Origin: Bacteroidota bacterium | GTDB lineage: Bacteria > Bacteroidota > Ignavibacteria > SZUA-365 | Direction of reading: 5' to 3' | DNA length: 61,427 nt | Assembly (NCBI GenBank): GCA_035914695.1 | Contig: JAMIQH010000090.1 | Coordinates: forward strand, 1-61,427 | In this document: positions 37,233-46,751 of the stretch, piece after piece | Layout: each line of letters starts with the position of its first letter | Position numbering within the stretch: the first letter of the stretch is position 1 | Position numbers and translations under genes: made by a program | Notes under the pieces: model-generated | What the model saw: the letters and a program-made list of their open reading frames with translations, nothing else | Told to the model about the DNA's origin: nothing | Databases searched by the model: none

Positions 37233-38003
37233 ATGTTCATCTGGAGTCCCGATCCCGAACTGTTCTCTCTTGGCCCCATCCACGTCCGCTGGTATGGCTT
37301 GCTGTTCTCCCTCGCCTTTCTGAGCAGCTTCATGGTGATGCTGTGGATATTCCGCCGCGAGCGCAAGGGCGAGGACATTCTCAACCGCCTTTTTCTCTAT
37401 GTGTTCATCGGTGTGGTTGCTGGCGCGCGTCTCGGGCACTGCCTGTTCTACGGCCCGGAATACTACCTCACGCATCCGCTGGAAATTCTCAAAGTGTGGG
37501 AGGGCGGGCTCGCGAGCCATGGAGCGGCGGCGGGTATTTTAATCGCGCTCATGCTTTTTCTCAAGCGAACCAAGGGCATGACGTTTTTCTGGGTGTCGGA
37601 TCGTGTGTCGGTGGTGATACCGCTTGCGGCCATTTTCGTACGCCTGGGAAATTTCATGAATTCGGAGATTCTCGGTCTGCCCGCCAGCGTGCCCTGGGCC
37701 GTGGTGTTCGAGCGCGTGGACAGCATACCGCGGCATCCGGTGCAGTTGTACGAGGCGCTGTCGTACGCGGTGATTTTTTCGCTGATGTTCGTGGCCTACA
37801 AGCGCAACTGGTCGCAGCGTCCAGGCCGCCTCACCGGCAGCATGCTGAGCATGCTCTTCGGCATGCGTTTCATTCTCGAGTTTTTCAAAACCGGCCAATC
37901 CTCGCTCGATCCGTCACTGCCCATCACCATGGGGCAGGTGTTGAGCATTCCGCTGGTGACATTCGGTTTGTGGCTGCTGTTCCGCAAACCATCCAAGGCC
38001 TGA
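37233..38003 (+). CDS. lgt: Prolipoprotein diacylglyceryl transferase
   Basis: MFIWSPDPELFSLGPIHVRWYGLLFSLAFLSSF...GARLGHCLFYGPEYYLTHPLEILKVWEGGLASHGAAAG...RLGNFMNSEILG...HPVQLYEAL. Confidence 0.95.
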   Translation: MFIWSPDPELFSLGPIHVRWYGLLFSLAFLSSFMVMLWIFRRERKGEDILNRLFLYVFIGVVAGARLGHCLFYGPEYYLTHPLEILKVWEGGLASHGAAAGILIALMLFLKRTKGMTFFWVSDRVSVVIPLAAIFVRLGNFMNSEILGLPASVPWAVVFERVDSIPRHPVQLYEALSYAVIFSLMFVAYKRNWSQRPGRLTGSMLSMLFGMRFILEFFKTGQSSLDPSLPITMGQVLSIPLVTFGLWLLFRKPSKA

Positions 38004-38148
38004 TTCCGCGCGTTTCCGTTCCAACGCAGTACCTCGGCGGCAACGCGGTGTGACCCGCGCAGCACGCGCGCTGTATCCAATCGCAATCCCGCGTTGTCCT
38101 CACCGTATTGTCCGCAGCACAATGTTGCATCACACGCCGGAGGTTCGC

Positions 38149-40524
38149 ATGCGCTTGCTTGCCGCTGTTTTCGTTTTGTGTCTGAGTCTTTCCTGCGTGA
38201 GCCACGCCCAGCGCATACTGGTCGACCATCGCTCCGTTGCGTTGTTCGATTCCATCCCCGCGCAGTATCGCGAGACGGCGCGGAATCTGCGCCTGCTGTT
38301 CATGGACCGTTCGGTGGGTGGCAATATCAGCGACGCGCTCTCCTGCTTGTCGTACCCGCACGCATCGGCCCCGTCGTATTGCAAGCGGCATACGCATCGG
38401 GATTCGGCCTATGCCGTTTCTCCGTCGGAGGTATTCTGGAACGGCACGTGGGATCGCGGCCGTTGGCGCTATGAGTTCTGGCCGACGGGCTGCGGCGAGG
38501 ATGCGAATTGCTTCGTGAATTTCATCGAGCCACGCATCGATTCCTTCGATGTGGTGGGCTTTCAATTCAGCTATCTCGCCGTCACGCCCGGTTCGAATCT
38601 GGTGCATCCGCTGGATGGATTTTTCGGTTCGCGCACCGATCGCGGCACAGCCACGAGCTACAAGGCCTTCGCGGCGCGGCATCCGCAGAAAACGGTGATC
38701 TGGTGGACCACCTCGCTGGCGCGCGGCATCGGTTCGCCCGAATCGCAGGCCTTCAACACGGCGATGCGCGATTACGCGCGGCTGAACGACCTTGTACTCT
38801 TCGATGTCGCGGACATCCTTTCGCATACGCCTTCCGGTGCTCCCTGCTACGACAATCGCGACGGAGTCCAATTTCTCACGGAGAATCATCCCGACGACGG
38901 CGTGAACATTCCCGCCATTTGCCCGCAATACACCACGGAAACCGAGGGCGGACATCTCGGCTCCATTTCCGCCGGTGGCATTCGCGTGGCCAAGGCCTTC
39001 TGGGTACTCATGGCGCGCATCGCCGGTTGGGATGGAGGCGGCGGCACCGTCGATCCATTACCCGAAGCGCCGACGCTCATCGCTCCCGCCGCCGGTGCCA
39101 TGATCGAAGCGGACACTGTGCATTTTGCCTGGCAACCCGTCGGCGGCGCGGTACTGCGCTACGCGCTGCAGCTGGCGCGCGATGCGGGTTTTCAACAAGA
39201 ATTGCATCGCGACACAAGCATCACCTCCACGACTGCTCTCTGGCCGCATCCCCCTGTGGATAGCACCGTGTACTGGCGTGTACGCGCTCGCAACGCGATG
39301 GGCTGGGGACCGTGGAGCGAGGTCCGCTCCTTCCGGCGCATCGCCGCAGCGTTGTTTTCCGCCACACCTCTGACGGAAATGGGGCGGAGTTTGTACCAGG
39401 GCTTCGCGGGCGGACTGTATCCCGACACGCGCAATGTGCCCCCGGAGGCACATTACGCGGAGGGGTTACGCCGGGCGCGCGCCCTCGTTCCGCTGGACAC
39501 GCTGGGTCGACCCGACCCCGAGCACGGCAGCATTGTGTTGCTTTCGCTGGGCATGTCGAACACCGGGCAGGAGTTCACCGTGTTCGAAAGCGTGGTCGAC
39601 ACGTTCTCGGCACGGCATCCTCGTCTGGTTACGGTCAATGGCGGCGTGGCTGGTCAGACGGCCTCGATCATCCGCGACAGCGATGCGCAATACTGGCGCG
39701 TGGTGGAAAGCGAACGGTTGTACCGCAAGCGCGTGACGCCCGCGCAGGTGCAAGTCGTGTGGCTGAAACAGGCCAACGCTCAGCCGCGCGACGCCTTTCC
39801 CCTGCACGCGCGGAAGCTGGAAGACGATCTCCGCGCCATCGTGCGGCTTTTACCCGAAAAATTTCCCAACATCTCGCTGTGCTACCTTTCCAGTCGCACC
39901 TATGGAGGTTATGCCACAACGCCGCTCAATCCCGAGCCCTACGCTTATGAGAGCGGCTTTGCGGTGCGCTGGGTGGTAGGCGCGCAGATCGAGGGCGATA
40001 CCGCACTCGCCTACACGACGCCCGCGCGCACACCATGGCTGGCCTGGGGTCCGTATCTCTGGACGAACGGCGCACTTGGGCGCGCCGACGGACTGCAATG
40101 GCTACCCGATGATGTCGTCGCCGACGGTACGCATCCCTCCGAGACGGGAAAGTTGAAGGTGGCGCAGCAACTCCTCGGCTTTTTCTCCACCGACTCCACC
40201 GCAACGCCGTGGTTTCTGGCACCCGCGGTCACATCCATGGCTGCGCCACCGCAACCCACACAGTTCGATGCGCGCATCAGCCCGCATCCCTTGCGGGATC
40301 GGCTGCTGCTGGATCTGCGAACGGAAGCGGGCACGCGCGTACGAGCTGAAATGTGGACGTTGACGGGACAGCTGCGTGCGGTACTGCTCGATGCCGTGGC
40401 AACATCCGGGAGCATGCGGTACTCGGCGCAGCTCGCAGCTCTGGGATTGCCCGCGGGCTCCTACATCCTGCGCGTCCGCCACGGACAACACGACTGGGCT
40501 CGTGTGGTGCTGGTGCTGCCATGA
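38149..40524 (+). CDS. Secreted multidomain protein: unknown N-domain - FN3-like YWRV module - SGNH/GDSL-type esterase - T9SS tail
   Basis: Start ATG 38149, with GGAGG 6 nt upstream (MRLLAAVFVLCLSLSCVSHAQ). FN3-like module: PTLIAPAAGAMIEADTVHFAWQP...YALQLARDAGF...TVYWRVRARN. SGNH block I-like LLSLGMSNTGQEF and block V-like ADGTHPSETG. Tail: ...LPAGSYILRVRHGQHDWARVVLVLP. Confidence 0.8.
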   Translation: MRLLAAVFVLCLSLSCVSHAQRILVDHRSVALFDSIPAQYRETARNLRLLFMDRSVGGNISDALSCLSYPHASAPSYCKRHTHRDSAYAVSPSEVFWNGTWDRGRWRYEFWPTGCGEDANCFVNFIEPRIDSFDVVGFQFSYLAVTPGSNLVHPLDGFFGSRTDRGTATSYKAFAARHPQKTVIWWTTSLARGIGSPESQAFNTAMRDYARLNDLVLFDVADILSHTPSGAPCYDNRDGVQFLTENHPDDGVNIPAICPQYTTETEGGHLGSISAGGIRVAKAFWVLMARIAGWDGGGGTVDPLPEAPTLIAPAAGAMIEADTVHFAWQPVGGAVLRYALQLARDAGFQQELHRDTSITSTTALWPHPPVDSTVYWRVRARNAMGWGPWSEVRSFRRIAAALFSATPLTEMGRSLYQGFAGGLYPDTRNVPPEAHYAEGLRRARALVPLDTLGRPDPEHGSIVLLSLGMSNTGQEFTVFESVVDTFSARHPRLVTVNGGVAGQTASIIRDSDAQYWRVVESERLYRKRVTPAQVQVVWLKQANAQPRDAFPLHARKLEDDLRAIVRLLPEKFPNISLCYLSSRTYGGYATTPLNPEPYAYESGFAVRWVVGAQIEGDTALAYTTPARTPWLAWGPYLWTNGALGRADGLQWLPDDVVADGTHPSETGKLKVAQQLLGFFSTDSTATPWFLAPAVTSMAAPPQPTQFDARISPHPLRDRLLLDLRTEAGTRVRAEMWTLTGQLRAVLLDAVATSGSMRYSAQLAALGLPAGSYILRVRHGQHDWARVVLVLP

Positions 40525-40558
40525 GCATGATCGAGACGGCGGATTCGTTTACCGGGTG

Positions 40559-40592
40559 CGGGGCACTTTTTACGGCCCCGTATTTACTCTTT
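40559..40592 (+). terminator. Weak terminator-like hairpin
   Basis: CGGGGC-(10 nt)-GCCCCG followed by TATTTACTCTTTC. Confidence 0.4.
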
Positions 40593-40654
40593 CGGCGCGG
40601 AACAGTACCTTTTCATGATAAATGTTCACGCCCATTTCAAGACGAATGACGACT

Positions 40655-41656
40655 ATGCAGACAGGCGAATCCTCTTTCCATCCGTACACCATGTTCATCC
40701 GCACGCGCCGCACGCGCATGACCGAGACGTTGCGCAGCATGGTGCGTGAAACCGTGCTCACCCCCAAGGACTTCATTTACCCGCTGTTTGTGGTGCCGGG
40801 CAAGGGCGTCCGTAATCCTGTGAAATCCATGCCGGGAGTGTTCCAGCTCTCCGTGGACGAAGTGGTGAAGGAAGCCCGGCTCGCGTGGAAGCTCGGCGTG
40901 CCTGCCGTGATCCTGTTCGGCATTCCCGAACACAAGGATGAAATCGGCTCCGTGGCCTGGGATGCACAGGGCGTTGTGCAGCAGGCCGTGCGCGCGATCA
41001 AGAAACACGTGCGCGGGCTGGTGGTCATCACCGACGTGTGCATGTGCGAATACACCTCGCACGGCCATTGCGGCATTGTGCGTGGCGACGAGATCGTCAA
41101 CGATGAAACGCTCGATTTACTCGCGCGCGAAGCGCTGTCGCACGCCGAAGCCGGCGCCGACATGGTTGCCCCCTCGGACATGATGGACGGACGCGTGGCG
41201 GTGATACGCGACATTCTCGACGACAACGGCTTTGCTAATCTCCCCATCATGTCGTATGCGGCGAAGTTCGCGTCGGGGTATTACGGACCGTTTCGCGACG
41301 CGGCCGAGTCCACACCGAAATTCGGCGACCGCCGCTCGCATCAAATGGATCCCGCGAATGCGAACGAAGCGCTGCGCGAAGTGGCCATCGACATCGAGGA
41401 AGGCGCCGACATCGTCATGGTCAAACCCGCAGGACCGTATCTCGACATCATCCGCATGGTGAAGGACGAATTCGCCATGCCCACCGCCGCGTATCAGGTG
41501 AGCGGCGAGTATGCCATGATCAAGGCCGCGGCCGCCAACGACTGGATCGATCACGACCGCGTGATGATGGAATCGCTTCTTGGCATCAAGCGCGCGGGCG
41601 CGGACATGATTCTGACGTATTTCGCGCTCGAAGCTGCGCGACTGCTGAACGCCTGA
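40655..41656 (+). CDS. hemB: Porphobilinogen synthase (Zn-type)
   Basis: ...[37 protein letters not shown]...[17 protein letters not shown] (Cys-rich Zn site)...[17 protein letters not shown]...[11 protein letters not shown]...YQVSGEYAM. The start is ambiguous (ATG 40646, 40655 or 40691). Comparison with the E. coli N-terminus favours 40691. The stop is firm. Confidence 0.93.
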   Translation: MQTGESSFHPYTMFIRTRRTRMTETLRSMVRETVLTPKDFIYPLFVVPGKGVRNPVKSMPGVFQLSVDEVVKEARLAWKLGVPAVILFGIPEHKDEIGSVAWDAQGVVQQAVRAIKKHVRGLVVITDVCMCEYTSHGHCGIVRGDEIVNDETLDLLAREALSHAEAGADMVAPSDMMDGRVAVIRDILDDNGFANLPIMSYAAKFASGYYGPFRDAAESTPKFGDRRSHQMDPANANEALREVAIDIEEGADIVMVKPAGPYLDIIRMVKDEFAMPTAAYQVSGEYAMIKAAAANDWIDHDRVMMESLLGIKRAGADMILTYFALEAARLLNA

Positions 41657-41708
41657 AGCACAGCGCGGAAGCATCGATCACCATACGAAAGGGATTCTCA
41701 ACTCCAGA

Positions 41709-42455
41709 ATGGATGACACCATGAATGCCGAACATGATGGAATGGAAAAGGTGGCCACGAGCCTGCCCCAGCAATTGACGCAGGAGGAAGTGCGCGTGCT
41801 CGGCTGCCTTATTGAAAAAAGTCAGGCGACTCCCGAATACTACCCCATGACACTCAACGCGCTGGTCGCGGCCTGCAATCAGAAAACCAGCCGCGAACCG
41901 ATTGTAAACTACGACGAAGACATCGTGCACGAGGCGCTCGGGGAACTGCGCGCCAAAGGCCTCGTCGCCTTCGCTTCGGGAACGGGCCGCGTGCTCAAGT
42001 ACATGCATCGCGCCGGACAGAATGGCCTCGGCCTCTCGCCCGCGCAGGCCACCGCGCTGAGCATCATGATGCTGCGCGGACCGCAAACCGCCGGCGAAAT
42101 CAAGGCCCGCGCAGGTCGACAGTTCGACTATCCCACCATCGAAGCGGTGCAGGCCACCATCAGCAGTCTCATGGCCAAGGATCCCGCGTTCGTGGAGGAA
42201 TCGCCTCGCCTCGTCGGTCAGAAGGAAGCACGCTACCGTCACCGCTTCTTCGCCTACGACGACGCTCCGGAAGACAGCAGCGCCCCGACGGAAAGCGGTC
42301 CCTCCATGCGTTCGGATATCGAGGGCCTGAAAGAAACTCTGCGCCTCATGCAAAAGGAACTCACGCAACTCCGCAATCTGATCACCGCCTTGCAGGGCGA
42401 AGTCATGGTGATCACCGAGGATTTGTACACCGGCGGAAGCGCATCGCGGCAGTAA
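41709..42455 (+). CDS. yceH: DUF480 (YceH-family) winged-helix protein with C-terminal coiled coil
   Basis: LTQEEVRVLGCLIEKSQATPEYYPMTLNALVAACNQKTSREPIVNYDEDIV...LSPAQATALSIMMLRGPQTAGEIKARAGRQFDY...GQKEARYRHRF parallels E. coli YceH as I recall it ([45 protein letters not shown]...GKRESRYMHLF). Confidence 0.85.
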   Translation: MDDTMNAEHDGMEKVATSLPQQLTQEEVRVLGCLIEKSQATPEYYPMTLNALVAACNQKTSREPIVNYDEDIVHEALGELRAKGLVAFASGTGRVLKYMHRAGQNGLGLSPAQATALSIMMLRGPQTAGEIKARAGRQFDYPTIEAVQATISSLMAKDPAFVEESPRLVGQKEARYRHRFFAYDDAPEDSSAPTESGPSMRSDIEGLKETLRLMQKELTQLRNLITALQGEVMVITEDLYTGGSASRQ

Positions 42456-42548
42456 GACCGCGCACGCCAACAAGCGCTCAACTGCTTCGCGCTGTTCGAG
42501 AGAGCGGCGCGGGTACGGCACATTTCGACATTTCATTTCAGGACGACC

Positions 42549-43832
42549 ATGAATAGATCACGATCGAAGCAACTCTTCGAGGAAGCGCTCACGCTGCTCC
42601 CTGGCGGAGTGAACTCGCCCGTCCGCGCCTTTCGCGCGGTGGGAGGACAACCGGTGTTTTTCGCTTCCGCCTCCGGCTCCCATCTCACCGATGTGGACGG
42701 CAATGACTACATCGACTACATCGGCAGTTGGGGTCCCTGCATACTCGGCCATGGCCATCCGCGCGTCGTTGCGGCGCTGCATGCGCAGCTCGACCGCGCC
42801 ACCACCTTCGGCGCGCCGACGGAGCTGGAGAATGTGCTCGCGCGGCAGATCATTGCCATGGTGCCCTCCATCGAAATGGTGCGCATGGTGAATTCCGGCA
42901 CCGAAGCGACGCTGTCGGCCATTCGTCTCGCACGCGCGTTCACAGGACGTCCGAAAATTCTCAAATTCGAGGGCTGCTATCACGGACACGGCGACTCGTT
43001 TTTGATAAAAGCCGGTTCCGGCGTCGCAACCCTGGGCTTGCCCGATTCGCCCGGAGTGACCGAGGCCACCGCGGCGGACACGCTCACCGCGCGCTTCAAC
43101 GATATGGAATCCGTCGAGGCCTTGGTGCGGGCCAATCCCGATCGCATTGCCTGCATCATTCTCGAACCCGTCGTGGGCAATATGGGCTGCGTACCGCCGG
43201 TCGAAGGATTTCTGCAGGGACTGCGTGATCTCTGTACACGCGAGGGCATTCTGCTGCTGTTCGACGAGGTCATGACCGGCTTCCGTCTCGCCCCGGGCGG
43301 CGCGCAGCAGTTGTTCGATATCACGCCGGATTTAACCACGCTGGGAAAAATCATCGGCGGCGGACTGCCCGTGGGCGCCTACGGTGGTCGGGCGGATATC
43401 ATGCGCACGGTGGCTCCGGCCGGTCCCATGTATCAGGCGGGCACGCTTTCCGGCAATCCTCTCGCAATGACCGCGGGTCTCGAAACCTTGCGCATGCTCT
43501 CCGAGGATGCCGATGTGTATGCGCGCCTCGATGCACAGGCCGCGATGCTGTGCAATGGACTGCAGAGCATTCTTGATGAATACGGACTGCCGTGGGTGAC
43601 CAACCGCGTGGGATCGATGTTCACGCTCTTTTTCACCGACGCTCCCGTGCGCAACTGGGACGACGCCAAGCGTTGCGACACGGCGCGTTTCGGCGCGTAT
43701 TTCTCCGCCATGCTGGATCGCGGTGTGTATCTCGCGCCTTCGCAGTTCGAAGCGGCGTTCATGAGCATCATGCACAGCGACGAGGACGTAGCGCGCACGC
43801 TGGAAGCCGCCCGCGAAAGTCTCCGTCCCTGA
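42549..43832 (+). CDS. hemL: Glutamate-1-semialdehyde 2,1-aminomutase
   Basis: [37 protein letters not shown]...[16 protein letters not shown]...NSGTEA...DEVMTGFR...[16 protein letters not shown]. Confidence 0.96.
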   Translation: MNRSRSKQLFEEALTLLPGGVNSPVRAFRAVGGQPVFFASASGSHLTDVDGNDYIDYIGSWGPCILGHGHPRVVAALHAQLDRATTFGAPTELENVLARQIIAMVPSIEMVRMVNSGTEATLSAIRLARAFTGRPKILKFEGCYHGHGDSFLIKAGSGVATLGLPDSPGVTEATAADTLTARFNDMESVEALVRANPDRIACIILEPVVGNMGCVPPVEGFLQGLRDLCTREGILLLFDEVMTGFRLAPGGAQQLFDITPDLTTLGKIIGGGLPVGAYGGRADIMRTVAPAGPMYQAGTLSGNPLAMTAGLETLRMLSEDADVYARLDAQAAMLCNGLQSILDEYGLPWVTNRVGSMFTLFFTDAPVRNWDDAKRCDTARFGAYFSAMLDRGVYLAPSQFEAAFMSIMHSDEDVARTLEAARESLRP

Positions 43833-43933
43833 CGCTGTTCTCCGGCACCACACCCACAGTGTGGATCGGTGGCAGCACCTGTTCGGGGCTGGCGGCCCTG
43901 CGCACTTTTTTGTATCACCACATTGGCGGTTTC

Positions 43934-45340
43934 ATGTCGCACGCATATCCCGGGGATTTCTCGAGTATTCTGCACGCTTTCGACGAAACAATGCGCGCGG
44001 TGGCAACGCATCCGCTCGTGATGACAGCATTCAAGAGAAATTTGCTGCAGTTGCTCAGCGGCTCCACCGGCAGCATTACCCGTGCTCAACTCACGGATGT
44101 GGGCGATGTGGCGGATGCGGAACAACTTCAGGGCTTCGAGCGGCGCGGTATCGACGCTTTGCACCAAACGGTCGTGATCAAGTTGAATGGCGGTTTGGGT
44201 ACGAGCATGGGCCTGGATGGCGCAAAAAGTCTCATTCCCGTGCGCGACGGCTTGCGCTTTCTCGACATCATCGCGCGGCATGTGCTGCATGCGCGCGCGC
44301 GCTACAACGCACGCATTCCGTTGCTGCTGCTGAACAGCAATCACACGCGCGAGCAAAGTCTGCTCGCTCTCGAGGCCATACCGGAACTCCGCGGCGAACT
44401 CCCCGCCGATCTCATGCAGCATCTGGTGCCGAAAGTTCTGGCCGAGAGCATGTTGCCGGCGGAATGTCCCGACGATCCGGCACTCGCCTGGTGTCCGCCC
44501 GGTCATGGCGATCTGTATCTCGCGCTGCAAAGCAGCGGCCTGCTCGATACGCTGCTTGCGCAAGGATACCGTTACGCCTTCGTAAGCAATGCGGACAACC
44601 TCGGCGCTTCCATCGATGCGGGAATTCTCGGATATTTCGCCGGGGAAGGACTGGAATTTCTCATGGAGGTGGCGGATCGCACGCCCGCCGATCGCAAGGG
44701 CGGGCATCTTGCGCGGCTCACCGATGGACGGCTGACCCTGCGTGAACGCGCGCAATGTCCGGAAGAGGAAGCGGAGGAGTTCCAGAATATTCACCTGTAC
44801 CGTCATTTCAACACCAACAGCATCTGGCTCTCCTTGCCAGCGCTGCGTGCGCTGCTGGACCGCTACGACGGATTGTTGCCGCTGCCGTTGATTCGCAACG
44901 CGAAGACGCTGGATCCGCGCGATCTTTCCTCGCCGGCGGTGTATCAGCTCGAAACCGCGATGGGAGCGGCGATCTCGTTATTCGACCGCGCGGCGGCGGT
45001 GCGCGTGCCCCGCACGCGTTTCGCACCGGTGAAAACCACGGACGATTTGCTCGTCGTTCGCTCCGATGCCATGGTGTTGACGGAGGATTATCGCATCGTC
45101 CCGAATCCCGCACGATCACTGCCGGTACCCACCGTTTCGCTCGATCCGCAGTACTATCGTTTCATTCATCAACTCGACGAGCGATTCCCGAAGGGCGTTC
45201 CCTCGCTGCTCGAATGCGCGGCGCTCGAGCTTCGTGGCGATGTGCGCTTCGGCGCGGATGTGACGCTGAAGGGAACGGTGCATCTGCGGAGCGATGACGG
45301 TGTCGTGCTGCACATTCCCGATGGTTCTGTACTGGAGTAA
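43934..45340 (+). CDS. UDPGP-family (eukaryote-type) UTP-sugar-1-phosphate uridylyltransferase
   Basis: Start ATG 43934. The track ORF 43592.. overlaps hemL in another frame. VVIKLNGGLGTSMGLDGAKSLIPV...LLLLNSNHT...PPGHGDLY...FVSNADNLGA...KGGHLA are UGPase/UAP signature blocks (PF01704 type) as I recognise them. Confidence 0.85.
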   Translation: MSHAYPGDFSSILHAFDETMRAVATHPLVMTAFKRNLLQLLSGSTGSITRAQLTDVGDVADAEQLQGFERRGIDALHQTVVIKLNGGLGTSMGLDGAKSLIPVRDGLRFLDIIARHVLHARARYNARIPLLLLNSNHTREQSLLALEAIPELRGELPADLMQHLVPKVLAESMLPAECPDDPALAWCPPGHGDLYLALQSSGLLDTLLAQGYRYAFVSNADNLGASIDAGILGYFAGEGLEFLMEVADRTPADRKGGHLARLTDGRLTLRERAQCPEEEAEEFQNIHLYRHFNTNSIWLSLPALRALLDRYDGLLPLPLIRNAKTLDPRDLSSPAVYQLETAMGAAISLFDRAAAVRVPRTRFAPVKTTDDLLVVRSDAMVLTEDYRIVPNPARSLPVPTVSLDPQYYRFIHQLDERFPKGVPSLLECAALELRGDVRFGADVTLKGTVHLRSDDGVVLHIPDGSVLE

Positions 45341-45771
45341 TGATGAAAATGAAAATCCGATCCTTTCTTCTGGGCCTCCTCGTCGTGTTCGCACTGATGC
45401 AAACCGTGCAGCCCGAGCGCACCAATCCCGACGACGGCGGTGTGATGAAGGCCCCGGCCGAGGTTCAGGCCGTGCTGAAGCGCGCCTGCTACGATTGCCA
45501 TTCCAACGATACGCGATGGCCGTGGTACAGCTATGTGGCGCCGGCATCGTGGTTCCTTTCGAAACATGTGGTCGAAGGCCGCGAGCATCTGAATTTCTCC
45601 CGCTGGGAGAATATGGATGATCGCACTCGCATGCACGCGGCCAGCGAAATCATCGAGGTGCTGCAACGCGGCGAAATGCCGCTGTCGTCGTATCTGCTCC
45701 TGCACGGCGATGCGCAATTAAGCACAAAGGACAAGCAACTCCTCACGGAGTGGGCGCAGGGATGGGAGTAG
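45340..45771 (+). CDS. Membrane-anchored heme-binding-domain protein (CxxCH; Haem_bd PF14376-like)
   Basis: The ATG shares its A with the UGPase TAA (TAATG). MMKMKIRSFLLGLLVVFALMQ...VLKRACYDCHSNDTRWPWYSYVAPASWFLSKHVVEGREHLNFSRW...EMPL. Confidence 0.85.
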   Translation: MMKMKIRSFLLGLLVVFALMQTVQPERTNPDDGGVMKAPAEVQAVLKRACYDCHSNDTRWPWYSYVAPASWFLSKHVVEGREHLNFSRWENMDDRTRMHAASEIIEVLQRGEMPLSSYLLLHGDAQLSTKDKQLLTEWAQGWE

Positions 45772-46730
45772 CGAACGCGGGGATTCCGCTGCAGGACACC
45801 GCCATGGGGGCCGAGGGATCGCAGGCCGCTTCGCTGTGGCAATGGCTCACGCCGGGATCGATCATCACCATCGGCGTGATCAGCGTGCTGGTCGTTGATG
45901 CGTTGCTGCACAACAGCGTCGCCAACATCCCGCAGGTTTCCGCACTGCTGCTGCTGTTCCTTCTCGCGTGGAGTATCGCGTTTCGTGTACGAACGCGCGT
46001 TCCCCGGACGGCCAGTTTCATTCGGCATCTGTGGCCACTGATGCTGTACCCTGTGCTGTACGGTGTGATTCACGGCATGATCACCGCCGCGCGCCCATCG
46101 GACACACATCTCGTTGATGCCACTCTGTATCAACTCGATGTTGCATTGTTCTCCGTGAATCCTATCGCCTGGCTGGGGGAACACGCGCAACCGCTGCTCA
46201 CGGACGCACTGTACCTTTCGTATTTCAGCTATTATTTCGGCATGCCTGTGTTGCTCATCCTCATGTGGCGTGGTAACAGGGCGGAGGATTTTCAGCGCGT
46301 GGCAACGGTGATGATCGCGGGTTGGTATGGTGCGCTGATCAGCTACGCCCTGTTTCCTGCGCTCGGACCCAGTCGCTGGATGCCCGGCGAACTCCCCGTG
46401 CTACACGGTTTGCTGCCCAGCACCATGTGGATTCAGTCCTTTCTCACCGTGAATCTGCAGCCCGCGGTGCGCGACTGCGTCCCGAGCATGCACACCGCGA
46501 TCACGCTGTTGACGCTGGTCTACGCCTACCGCTACCAACGGCGATTTTTCCACTTCCATCTCGCACCAGGGCTGGGCATCATACTCGCCACGATGTACAC
46601 TCAGGCGCATTATGTCGTCGATGTGCTGCTGGGCATTCTCACTGCCGGCGTGCTGTATGTCGCCGCCGAGCGGGGGTGGCTTTACAGGTCTCGTCGCTTG
46701 GGCGAGTCGTCACGGGTTGCGTCGCTGTAG
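45762..46730 (+). CDS. PAP2-superfamily polytopic membrane protein with sphingolipid-synthase-like D3/D4 motifs
   Basis: CVPSMHTA (compare C-G-D-x3-S-G-H-T / PSxH). HYVVDVLLGILTA fits H-[YFWH]-x2-D-[VLI]-x2-[GA]-x3-[GSTA]. The start is uncertain (GTG 45750, ATG 45762 or ATG 45804). The gene overlaps the previous gene's end. Confidence 0.8.
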   Translation: MGVANAGIPLQDTAMGAEGSQAASLWQWLTPGSIITIGVISVLVVDALLHNSVANIPQVSALLLLFLLAWSIAFRVRTRVPRTASFIRHLWPLMLYPVLYGVIHGMITAARPSDTHLVDATLYQLDVALFSVNPIAWLGEHAQPLLTDALYLSYFSYYFGMPVLLILMWRGNRAEDFQRVATVMIAGWYGALISYALFPALGPSRWMPGELPVLHGLLPSTMWIQSFLTVNLQPAVRDCVPSMHTAITLLTLVYAYRYQRRFFHFHLAPGLGIILATMYTQAHYVVDVLLGILTAGVLYVAAERGWLYRSRRLGESSRVASL

Positions 46731-46751
46731 CAATCGTGCGATTTTACCTCC

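Noticed and set aside
43592-43933. 114-residue N-terminal extension of the UGPase ORF.
   Set aside because: It overlaps the 3' end of hemL in another frame and is Arg-rich. The conserved UGPase sequence begins after ATG 43934.
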